Shown piece by piece: positions 7,550-15,332 of a stretch of 20,328 nt of DNA. The notes beneath the pieces were generated by a model. The model saw only the letters and a list, made by a program, of their open reading frames with translations, had not been told where the DNA came from and ran no database searches. A program made the position numbers and the translations under genes. Within the stretch, counting starts at the first letter, position 1. Every line of letters starts with the position of its first letter. The stretch spans positions 1 through 20,328 of the forward strand of contig BTVV01000112.1 in the NCBI GenBank assembly GCA_045863855.1, given 5' to 3'. Source of the DNA: Planctomycetota bacterium. GTDB taxonomy: Bacteria; Planctomycetota; SZUA-567; H5-PLA8.

Positions 7550-8368
7550 ATGGCACAATTATCCCCAAACGACCGTCGGCTAGGCGAGATTCTTCTGCAC
7601 CGCAAGCAGCTCGATGCCACGCGCTTGCAGCAGGCCCTGATTGAAGCTCCAAAGTTAAACCTGCGACTGGGCGCCTACTTGGTGGCGCAAGCGTGGATCA
7701 CACCCGAGGAACTTCGTGACGCCGTGGCTTTGCAGGCGAACTTACCGACCGCCGACTTGCGCACGCTAGAGATTCCAGAAGCCCTGAACCGCATATTTCC
7801 GTACCGCGCGCTGAAGGATCACCGCTGCGTGCCGTTTGAAGAAACGCCCTCGTACGTCTGCCTGGCCATCGCCGAACCGTTGAAACTCAGCGCGTTGCGC
7901 GAACTGGAGTACGGCTGCCGCCGGCCCGTGAAACTCTTCGTGGCTCAGGAACGCTTGGTCGATCAATGCCGCGACAAACTCTACGAAGGACGCATTCCGC
8001 GGCAGTTCACGCGCTTCAAGGCGACGATTCCGGTTGAGTTGCAGTTCTGCACGCGCATCGGCACGCCGATCGAAGAAGCGATCCGCACGGTGACGACGGT
8101 GGACATCAGCCAAGGCGGTCTGGGCGTCTTGGGGTTGCCCCGCGTGCCCAGCGCCATTCCCGAGCGCCGGCCGAAGGACGTGTACGCGCAGGTGACGCTG
8201 AAGGACCCGGAGTACGAAGTAAAAGCCGTCTGCCAGGTGCGCTGGCTGCGCGAAGCCGGTGGCCGTGCGGAAGGCTTGGAGTTTCTCGCCGGTCTGGAAG
8301 TCGTCGAAATCCGGCCGCAAGACCAGCAGCGCCTTTTGCAGCTTTGCGTCAAGTATTCGCGGGCTTAG
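7550..8368 (+). CDS. MshEN/T2SSE_N + PilZ domain protein (putative c-di-GMP effector)
   Basis: Tandem MshEN-like motifs RLGEILL...LQQAL and RLGAYLV...LRDAVALQ, T2SSE_N segment (CVPF...LAIAEP...PVKLFVA), PilZ RQFTR and DISQGG, VRW, GLE. GGAG RBS precedes ATG 7550. Confidence 0.8.
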   Translation: MAQLSPNDRRLGEILLHRKQLDATRLQQALIEAPKLNLRLGAYLVAQAWITPEELRDAVALQANLPTADLRTLEIPEALNRIFPYRALKDHRCVPFEETPSYVCLAIAEPLKLSALRELEYGCRRPVKLFVAQERLVDQCRDKLYEGRIPRQFTRFKATIPVELQFCTRIGTPIEEAIRTVTTVDISQGGLGVLGLPRVPSAIPERRPKDVYAQVTLKDPEYEVKAVCQVRWLREAGGRAEGLEFLAGLEVVEIRPQDQQRLLQLCVKYSRA

Positions 8369-8393
8369 TGACCACGAAGAGCGTAATCAAAAT

Positions 8394-8430
8394 CGTCCGC
8401 CGGCCGCCCCGTTCGGCGGTCCGGCGGACG
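8394..8430 (-). terminator. Intrinsic terminator between convergent genes (possibly bidirectional)
   Basis: CGTCCGCCGG-CCGCC-ccgttc-GGCGG-T-CCGGCGGACG, 15 bp with a one-base bulge. Followed by ATTTTGATT on the minus strand. Confidence 0.7.
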
Positions 8431-8464
8431 TCGGTTTCGCGCAGCGAGGGCAACGAAACCTGAA

Positions 8465-9190
8465 TCAATAAAGTACGCCTCCTGGGGCTCGGTACAGCCC
8501 TTCATACGCATGTGCGATTAGGTCCACGCAACGTTCAATACCCAGCCTCGTCGCATCCAGAATCAGGTCGTAGTGTTCGGGCGCCTGGATGTCCTTTCGG
8601 AAGAAGCGCAAGGAAAACTCCCGTTTGCGCCGGTCGGTATCGGCGATCCAATGCAACGCCCTCGCCTCCGTGTATCCTTTGGTCCGTTTGATAAAGTCAA
8701 TCCGCTCTCGCGGTTCGGCAATCAGCCGAACGCAGACGCCTTGCAACCGGGGCAGGAAGAATTGGGCCATCCCGCCTAGAAAGACGGTGGAACGCAAGCA
8801 AGCCGCCGCATACACCGCGCGTCCCAGGCGTATGGCATAAGCCTCCATGCTGGGCTCCTGGGGCTGGAGCAAGCCCAGCAGAACTTCGTCCAGGCACGTA
8901 GGTGGACCTTCCTCCAATTGCTCAAGCCGCTCGGGTGTGGTGTGTAAGACCAAGGCCAACTGATCCAATAGAGGCCTGCCGACATAGCGCAGCTTCAACC
9001 GTTGAGCCAGACGTTGGCAAATCGCCTCGCCATCGGCTCCGGGTTCCCGCGAAACGGAGATGTAAGTCTGTACGCGCTGTGCGCCGACCTCAATTCGCGA
9101 GGCTTCCCTTGTGCAGAAATCCTGCGTCCAGATCTCCCGTCCCACCAACGGCTCATGTATCAAGTTCAATGGCAATGTTCGCGTCATCAT
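8465..9190 (-). CDS. Cytidylate kinase-like family protein (Cytidylate_kin2 type, not canonical Cmk)
   Basis: ISVSREPGADG degenerate P-loop, VFLGGMAQFFL, VRLIA..ERI, DRRKREF..RFFRKD....HYDLILD. GGAGGTGG RBS precedes ATGATG (9190/9187). Confidence 0.85.
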   Translation of the reverse strand: MMTRTLPLNLIHEPLVGREIWTQDFCTREASRIEVGAQRVQTYISVSREPGADGEAICQRLAQRLKLRYVGRPLLDQLALVLHTTPERLEQLEEGPPTCLDEVLLGLLQPQEPSMEAYAIRLGRAVYAAACLRSTVFLGGMAQFFLPRLQGVCVRLIAEPRERIDFIKRTKGYTEARALHWIADTDRRKREFSLRFFRKDIQAPEHYDLILDATRLGIERCVDLIAHAYEGLYRAPGGVLY

Positions 9191-9310
9191 GGCCACCTCC
9201 CAAGCGCACGAATGCGCCGAATCTATCGAAGGGAGACAGCGCCACTGCCGTGGCATGCCGCCACGAGGCGGGCGAGTCGCAAAATATCAGGATGAAAAAA
9301 GGAACAACGG

Positions 9311-9688
9311 TTATAGGTCGAAGGGGGGACCGCGTGAGGCGCAGAGTAACGGGTCGCCGAGTTGGCGCTGCATGATCTCACCGGCGCTTAAAGCTTCGTT
9401 CGAAGCCAGCGCCGGCCCGGTCCATCCGAGCATGCCGGATAACGTCCAACCGCAGGGCAGGCAACGCTCGCGCAATTCCTCCGAATCTTCGCCACAACGG
9501 ACTTGTAGCAATTCGATCGAATTGCGCGAATGGAACGACAGTCCGGCCTCGTGCGGAAGATCCCGACTCGCAGCCATGTGAATACGGGATGGGGCGAGCT
9601 TAACCGGTGCGATATTTCCAAAGCCGCCCATACCTGCCAAGGCAATGGCGGCAAAGACAAACCCAATTATCAGCGGTCTCGTGCCCAT
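9311..9688 (-). CDS. Small exported protein / putative RGPP arrest leader peptide
   Basis: MGTRPLIIGFVFAAIALAG signal-like N-terminus, CLPC (9452-9463), and RGPP (9323-9334) three residues before the stop. Start uncertain (9688 or 9724); no clear SD. Confidence 0.55.
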   Translation of the reverse strand: MGTRPLIIGFVFAAIALAGMGGFGNIAPVKLAPSRIHMAASRDLPHEAGLSFHSRNSIELLQVRCGEDSEELRERCLPCGWTLSGMLGWTGPALASNEALSAGEIMQRQLGDPLLCASRGPPFDL

Positions 9689-9806
9689 CGAAAATACCCC
9701 GCAACTACTTGACCTCGAGCCCATTAGCTTTACAGGTAAAGCGCCCCTCCAAAATGGGAAACGCACGCGCTTGCAAATACCTTCATCATTCTTCGACAAT
9801 CTGAAC

Positions 9807-10307
9807 TTACCCGCCTTGAATGGTGACCTCCGCACGTGTGCCTTGGCGTACGTCAAATTGAATTTGGGCGCCCATGCGCGAGATTAAAAGCAAGCCGCGG
9901 CCTCGGTTTACATGTTTCATCAGTCGGTCGCTCTCGGCGGCAAGTTTCTGAGCATGATCGAAGCCCGGACCGTCGTCGTGCACGACCAGGTGCAGCGCAC
10001 TTTTCTCCAGCCCGCACGCCACGCGCACTTCCCCGTGCGGGCGGCCACGGCAACCGTGCTCGATCGCGTTCTCGACTAATTCGCGCAAAGCGATCTTGAA
10101 CCAATTGACGCGCTGCTCGTCAAAGCCGCGACGCAGTAATTCGGGCTCGACGGATGCCACGATCCGTTCAACCTCCTCGAACTGAGCGGGGCTCAAGCGC
10201 CACTCAAGCCGAATGGGCGAAGAAACGGGATCGGAACCGGCAGTCATATACGGAGCGCAAAACTCCTTGAGAGCAGACGGCTCAAACGCTCGGTTACGTG
10301 CGTCCAT
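9807..10307 (-). CDS. RsbW/SpoIIAB-like anti-sigma Ser kinase (HATPase_c_2)
   Basis: N-box IALRELVENAIEHG, G1 VHDDGPGFD, G2 RGRGLLLI, and GTR near the C-terminus. No HisKA domain. Start uncertain (10307 or about 10247). Confidence 0.85.
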   Translation of the reverse strand: MDARNRAFEPSALKEFCAPYMTAGSDPVSSPIRLEWRLSPAQFEEVERIVASVEPELLRRGFDEQRVNWFKIALRELVENAIEHGCRGRPHGEVRVACGLEKSALHLVVHDDGPGFDHAQKLAAESDRLMKHVNRGRGLLLISRMGAQIQFDVRQGTRAEVTIQGG

Positions 10308-10377
10308 TATTACGGGCTAGGCATCCAGCGGCAATACGGCAGTCGAAAAGTGCACACGTGAAGTCCGCGCCTCGTCC

Positions 10378-10407
10378 TTGACGCAGAACGAAAGTACGCC
10401 TCATAAT
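10378..10407 (+). promoter_or_regulatory. Putative sigma70 promoter of the STAS gene
   Basis: TTGACG-18 nt-CATAAT, about 40 nt upstream of ATG 10447. Confidence 0.5.
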
Positions 10408-10446
10408 CAGGATGCCTGCTCTAGAAGGCTAGCAGCCGGAGAACGT

Positions 10447-10803
10447 ATGGAACTCTCGATTCACGTATCCGAACTCAAACCGGGCATCATGGTCTTGCGC
10501 GCCTCCGGTCCAATCTACAACGATTCGGCGCGCGGCTGGGAGCAGCAAGTGCAGCGCGAGCTGAACGCCAAGCCTTCGGCGCTCTTAATCAATCTTTCCA
10601 AGGTGACCTACATCACGAGTTGGGGCATGGGCGTTTTGATCGCCTGCAGCGGGTCCCAGGATCAGGCCCGCGGAACGCGAATCGTGCTGGTCGGTGCGCA
10701 GGGCGAAACAAGGGAGTCGCTGCGGCTGATGGGGCTCTTCGAACTCTACACCGATGCGCCCGACGAAGAAGCGGCTCTGAAACTCCTGGAGCGCGGAGCT
10801 TGA
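10447..10803 (+). CDS. STAS-domain anti-anti-sigma factor (RsbV/SpoIIAA-like)
   Basis: VLRASGPI, LLINLSKVTYITSWGMGVLI (phospho-Ser motif variant), LRLMGL, EEAAL; GGAGA RBS; 118 aa. Confidence 0.85.
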   Translation: MELSIHVSELKPGIMVLRASGPIYNDSARGWEQQVQRELNAKPSALLINLSKVTYITSWGMGVLIACSGSQDQARGTRIVLVGAQGETRESLRLMGLFELYTDAPDEEAALKLLERGA

Positions 10804-10837
10804 GATCGCACGGTCGTATCATTCCCGAGCCGCACGC

Positions 10838-11704
10838 ATGAGCCGGACGTTCTCCCTACCCTCGGAAGTTTTTCCGCGCAGCGGCGTGACGCGTATGCTG
10901 CACGAGCCCGGGTGCGTGCGCTTCGTGGTCGCGATGTTTATCGAGCATCCCAATCCGCCCAACAGCCATACGGACATGGTATTGCCGGGCTTCGCCGCCA
11001 ATCTGGTCCTGCGCGGAACCGGGCGTTACATCGATTCGAGCGGTACGTCCTACCGCTTGGAGCCCGGGGTGCTGTTCCACCGCTTTCCCGGGCGCAAGCA
11101 CAGCAGCTTGTACGACGCCGGGACGGACTACGCGGAGTGCTTCGTCGTCTTCGACGAGCATTCCGGACAGGGCTTAGCGGCATCGGGGATGCTCCCGCGC
11201 GAGCCGGTGTTGAATGTCGGCGTGCAGCCCAGCATCGTGCGCGAGTTTCGGCACTTGTTGCGGCGCTTGGAAGCACCCGAACGCGAAGTGCCAGGCCGGC
11301 TGGCGTTGTGGGAGGCGACTCAATTTCTCCAGGGGCTTTGGGAACGAGCGCGGTTGCGCGGCGAGCAGGATACGGAAAAGAAACTGATCGACGAAGCCTG
11401 CCGCTTGCTGGCCGGAGCGGCCGACGGCCGCGAACCGCTGGAACAAATCGCCCGGGAACTGGGCCTTTCGTACGCGACCTTCCGCAAACGCTTCCGCGAA
11501 GCGACCGGACTCTCGCCAGGCTCGTACCGCATTCGACAGCGCCTGCAGCGCGCCTGTCAACTCCTACCCCACCACTCGATCAAGCACGTGGCCGCGGAGT
11601 TGGGCTACCGGGATCCGTTTACCTTCTCGGCGCAATTCAAGAGCGCCATGGGCGTATCGCCGCGGGCTTTCAAGCAGAAACTGGGACAGAGTCAGGGCGA
11701 TTGA
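10838..11704 (+). CDS. AraC-family transcriptional regulator
   Basis: N-terminal cupin (LVLRGTGRY...LEPG...FPGRKHS) and double HTH LEQIARELGLSYATFRKRFREATGLSP...IKHVAAELGYRDPFTFSAQFKSAMGVSPRAF. Confidence 0.93.
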   Translation: MSRTFSLPSEVFPRSGVTRMLHEPGCVRFVVAMFIEHPNPPNSHTDMVLPGFAANLVLRGTGRYIDSSGTSYRLEPGVLFHRFPGRKHSSLYDAGTDYAECFVVFDEHSGQGLAASGMLPREPVLNVGVQPSIVREFRHLLRRLEAPEREVPGRLALWEATQFLQGLWERARLRGEQDTEKKLIDEACRLLAGAADGREPLEQIARELGLSYATFRKRFREATGLSPGSYRIRQRLQRACQLLPHHSIKHVAAELGYRDPFTFSAQFKSAMGVSPRAFKQKLGQSQGD

Positions 11705-11850
11705 ACCGGCAACGGGCTTCCAAGCATAGGTTTTTTGATAAACCATGTGCGTCGATTGCGCTGCGGACTTTACTTCTCAGAAAGCCTCCAATCTTAGTGG
11801 CCGAGCCGTGTACTGAATTTCGGCGCCATCGAGCCCGGGAGACGATCCTC

Positions 11851-14592
11851 ATGCGTAACGCGATCCTGACGGCCTGCGGACTGAGTGTTCTGCTGATCTC
11901 CGGCCTGCGAGCCGGCGAAGCGCCCAAGTACCTTTGGGTCGAAGGCGAAAAGCCCGCGGAACAAAAGGTCCAGCGCCATCCCTGGTGGTACGATCAGGCG
12001 AATAAGGAACTTCTCTCGGGCGGCGACTTCATCTCGCACTGGAGCGGCGAGCAGGCCGGCGAGGTGCGCTACGACGTGGAGGTTCCCTCCGAAGCCGCGT
12101 ATGAATTCTGGGTGCGCGCCAATTCCGCAAGCACGAAACTTTCCTATAAGCTCGGCGAAGGCGCGTGGACGCCGATCGACATGGAGAGCCTGAAGCACGA
12201 TCAAGTCAATATTGCGGCGGACGGCAAAATCGACGTGCGCTTTCTGTCCTGGGCCAAGGTGGACAAACTGAAACTGACCGCGGGCAAGCACTCCTTCGCC
12301 TTCAAATTCCATAGCGACAACAACAAGCACGGCATGCTGGACTGCTTTCTGCTTTCGCGCGTGCCCTTCGTCCCCGACGGCAAGCGCAAGCCGGACGAAA
12401 AAGCCGCACCCATCCAGGTGGTCAGCGAGGAAGGCCGCTGGGCATTCGCGGCGCCACGCGACGAATTCAAATCCGAAGCGTTGGTGGATCTACGCAGCTT
12501 GAATGAGCAGGTAGCCGGAGAGTCCGGTTACGTCCGGCGCAGCCCGGACGGCAACGGCTTCGTACGCGGCAACGGCGAAGCGATTCGATTCTGGGCTGTG
12601 AATACCGGCGCCAACCACCGGGCGAACGTGGACCTGGAGCGGCATGCGCGCTGGCTGGCCAAGCGCGGCATCAATATGGTTCGCCTGCACTCCAGCATCG
12701 CGCCCGATCCCAAGAAGGGGCAGAAACTCCACGAAATTAACGAAAAGGAACGTGAAGCGACCTGGAAGGCGGTGGCTGCGTTCAAGAAGGCGGGAATCTA
12801 CACTACCTATTCTCCCATTTGGATGGGCCACACGCCCCTGAATCCCTCCATGGGCTATCTGAACGACGGCGGGAACAACAACTGGGGTCTGCTCTTTTTC
12901 GACGACCGCCTGCAGGCGGCGTACAAGTCGTGGCTGAAGGCGCTTCTCGGCGAGCCCAATCCGCACACGGGCATCCCGCTGGCGAAAGACCCGGCCTTGG
13001 CGATCTTCCAGCTTCAAAACGAAGACAGCCTCCTGTTCTGGACTCAGCAAGGCATAAAAGGGGAAGCGAAACAGGTTCTGCGCAAGAAATTCGGCGCGTT
13101 TCTGAAGGAGAAATACGGAAGCCTGGAGAAAGCGGCGGAAAGCTGGGGCGATGGCGCCGTGGTGGCCGGAGATCAGGATAAACCCGACGACTTCGCCCAA
13201 GGCGAGGCGGCACTGGCCATCGTCTGGGAAATGACGCAGCGGCGCGGTTCGCCGGGCCTGCAGAAGCGCATCAACGACCAGCACGAATTTTTCTGCAAGA
13301 CGATGCATGCCTTCAATGCCGCCATGGGCAAGTATCTGAAGGAAGAACTGGGCTGCCATGCGCTGGTGAATGCCGGAAATTGGCGCACCGCGGATAATAA
13401 GATGCTCTTGGACGGCGAACGCTGGTCGTATTCGGCCAACGACGTCCAAGGCGTGAATCGCTACTACGGCGGCGCGCACGAAGGCCAGCACGCCGGTTGG
13501 GCGATCGTCAACGGGGATAAGTTCACCGACGAGTCGGGGCTGCTGCGTCCCCGGGAATTGCCCTTTACGCTGCGGCAAGTGGCAGGCGCGCCGATCATCA
13601 TTCCGGAAAGCTCCTGGGTGCCGCCTCTGGGTTACCAGTCCGAAGGCCCGTTCCTGGTCGCGGCGTATACCGCGATGAACGGCGTGGACGCATACTACTG
13701 GTTCGCCACCGACCAGGAAGACTGGCGCGATCCGGGCAGCGCGAACGGATTCCTGCCTTCCGAAGGCAAGTGGATCTGCACGACGCCGATGCTGGCGGGG
13801 CAATGGCCGGCGGCGGCGCTCCTGTTTCGCAAAGCGTACGTGAAGCCGGCCGCCGAGCCGGCCGTGTACGAGGAACGCAAGCTGGAGGACATTTGGAATC
13901 GCTCGATGCCGCTGCTGCCGGAAGAAGCCGGCTTCGACCCCAACCGCGACGCGGCCTACTTGCCGCCCGAGTCGAGCGTGAAGGGCATTGCGAACCCGCT
14001 GGCGTACCTCGTGGGGCCGGTGGTGGTCAAATACGACGGCGATCCTGCCAAAAGCAAAGTGATCGACTTGGCTTCCTTCATCGACGAAGAAAAGAAGACC
14101 GTCCGCAGCAGCACCGGCGAACTGGTGCTGGATTACGGCCAAGGGATCTGCACCCTCAACAGCCCCAAAGCGCAGGGAGTTTCGGGATTCCTGAAAAAGA
14201 CGGGCGCCTTCAAGCTGGAGACGATCGAACTGACCACCGCCAACGAGTACGCGACGCTGCTCGCGGTGAGTCTCGACGACAAGCCGCTCGCCGAATCGGC
14301 GAAGATCCTGATTCAAGTCGGTACCACCGAGCGCCCTGCGGGCTGGGCTACCAAGCCGAGCAAGGTGGATCAAGGCAAGCGCGACGGCGAAGAGATCGTT
14401 TCCTTCGGAAAAGCGCCGTGGCAAATTGTCCAAACGGATGCCACTTTGACGGTTAAGAATTCGAAGCTTCGTGTTGCCGTGGTCTGCGATGCGAACTTCA
14501 TGCCGCTCAAAGAGATGCCGCTTGAAGCCGTTGCCGACGGAAACAAGTTAAAGCTTCCAACCGATGCGCTGTATGTCGTCCTGAAGGATTAG
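11851..14592 (+). CDS. Secreted clan GH-A glycoside hydrolase (GH5/GH148-like) with N-terminal CBM-like beta-sandwich
   Basis: Signal peptide MRNAILTACGLSVLLISGLRA; GGGAGA RBS; RFWAVN, GINMVRLH, NPHTG...DPALAIFQLQNEDS (NE acid/base), candidate nucleophile in PIIIPESSW, AYYWF. 913 aa. Exact family unresolved. Confidence 0.72.
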   Translation: MRNAILTACGLSVLLISGLRAGEAPKYLWVEGEKPAEQKVQRHPWWYDQANKELLSGGDFISHWSGEQAGEVRYDVEVPSEAAYEFWVRANSASTKLSYKLGEGAWTPIDMESLKHDQVNIAADGKIDVRFLSWAKVDKLKLTAGKHSFAFKFHSDNNKHGMLDCFLLSRVPFVPDGKRKPDEKAAPIQVVSEEGRWAFAAPRDEFKSEALVDLRSLNEQVAGESGYVRRSPDGNGFVRGNGEAIRFWAVNTGANHRANVDLERHARWLAKRGINMVRLHSSIAPDPKKGQKLHEINEKEREATWKAVAAFKKAGIYTTYSPIWMGHTPLNPSMGYLNDGGNNNWGLLFFDDRLQAAYKSWLKALLGEPNPHTGIPLAKDPALAIFQLQNEDSLLFWTQQGIKGEAKQVLRKKFGAFLKEKYGSLEKAAESWGDGAVVAGDQDKPDDFAQGEAALAIVWEMTQRRGSPGLQKRINDQHEFFCKTMHAFNAAMGKYLKEELGCHALVNAGNWRTADNKMLLDGERWSYSANDVQGVNRYYGGAHEGQHAGWAIVNGDKFTDESGLLRPRELPFTLRQVAGAPIIIPESSWVPPLGYQSEGPFLVAAYTAMNGVDAYYWFATDQEDWRDPGSANGFLPSEGKWICTTPMLAGQWPAAALLFRKAYVKPAAEPAVYEERKLEDIWNRSMPLLPEEAGFDPNRDAAYLPPESSVKGIANPLAYLVGPVVVKYDGDPAKSKVIDLASFIDEEKKTVRSSTGELVLDYGQGICTLNSPKAQGVSGFLKKTGAFKLETIELTTANEYATLLAVSLDDKPLAESAKILIQVGTTERPAGWATKPSKVDQGKRDGEEIVSFGKAPWQIVQTDATLTVKNSKLRVAVVCDANFMPLKEMPLEAVADGNKLKLPTDALYVVLKD

Positions 14593-14606
14593 CAGAAAAT
14601 TGCAAA

Positions 14607-14645
14607 GGCGCGAATGACCCGATAGGCGTTCGCGCCGATTCTTTT
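14607..14645 (+). terminator. Intrinsic terminator after the hydrolase gene
   Basis: GGCGCGAA...TTCGCGCC stem followed by GATTCTTTT. Confidence 0.6.
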
Positions 14646-14834
14646 AATGCCGCGCATTCCACGTGTTAGGTACGTACTCCCACCCATTCGAGTTGACGAA
14701 TCCGTTTTAGTATGGTTCGGTGAAAGCATGAGGGGGTCCGCATGCCCCCGAGCCGATACGGTGTCCCGAGAATATGCAACCAACCTGAACGGGATAAGGT
14801 CGGCACGTAGCCCCGTCGATTTGAGGGCACGCTT

Positions 14835-15275
14835 ATGCCGCACAACCAGAACGTATGGCTGGTGGAACACGACAAACCCACGCGCATGGCGCTTGGAAGG
14901 CTCTTGCGATCCAAAGGCTGGCAAGTTCGCGAGTTGGCCCGGCGTTCCCAGGCGATTCCTTACTGGCGCGCCTTCGGAGCGCCGGATCTCGTTATTCTCG
15001 ATGCCGCCGAAGTCGGCGAGACGCTGGCTCAAGACGTGCGCATGTTCCGACGCTTATGCGGACCCGGATTGCCCGTCGTCGTCCTGACCGCGAAGGCCTC
15101 GTTGGCACAGCTTGCCGAAGCGTACGTTGCGGGCGCTTCGTTCTGCCTGACCCAGCCGCTCGATACGGAATTGCTGGCTAAAGCCCTGGAATACATTCTG
15201 GACGATCTACCGCCCGTACGGGCAGACAAGATCGAATTGGAGTTATTGACGGCCGATGGTTTTTATTTCGGCTGA
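14835..15275 (+). CDS. Single-domain response regulator receiver, atypical (conserved Lys replaced by Gln)
   Basis: VWLVEHD, PDLVILD, PVVVLTA, AYVAGASFCLTQP; GAGGG RBS. Confidence 0.8.
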   Translation: MPHNQNVWLVEHDKPTRMALGRLLRSKGWQVRELARRSQAIPYWRAFGAPDLVILDAAEVGETLAQDVRMFRRLCGPGLPVVVLTAKASLAQLAEAYVAGASFCLTQPLDTELLAKALEYILDDLPPVRADKIELELLTADGFYFG

Positions 15276-15332
15276 TGGTTAACGCGAATAGGCGGTCTGT
15301 CCAGGGGGAGCAGACCGCAGAGGGTATGCACC

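Noticed and set aside
9725..9856. Longer 181-aa version of the RGPP ORF
   Set aside because: It overlaps the kinase gene and would bury the signal peptide.
10912..11850. 313-codon upstream extension of the hydrolase ORF overlapping AraC (possible fusion or frameshift)
   Set aside because: Arg/Ala/Gly-rich off-frame read of a GC-rich gene. AraC is complete, and the hydrolase has its own RBS and signal peptide at 11851.
11851..11877. LTAC lipobox in the hydrolase
   Set aside because: Cys is at residue 9, before the hydrophobic region; SPase I cleavage at LRA|GE fits better.
12490..14433. 647-aa antisense ORF
   Set aside because: Shadow ORF opposite a high-GC3 gene with no motifs. The same applies to the other overlapping ORFs such as 3715-4617, 6333-7175 and 16692-17600.
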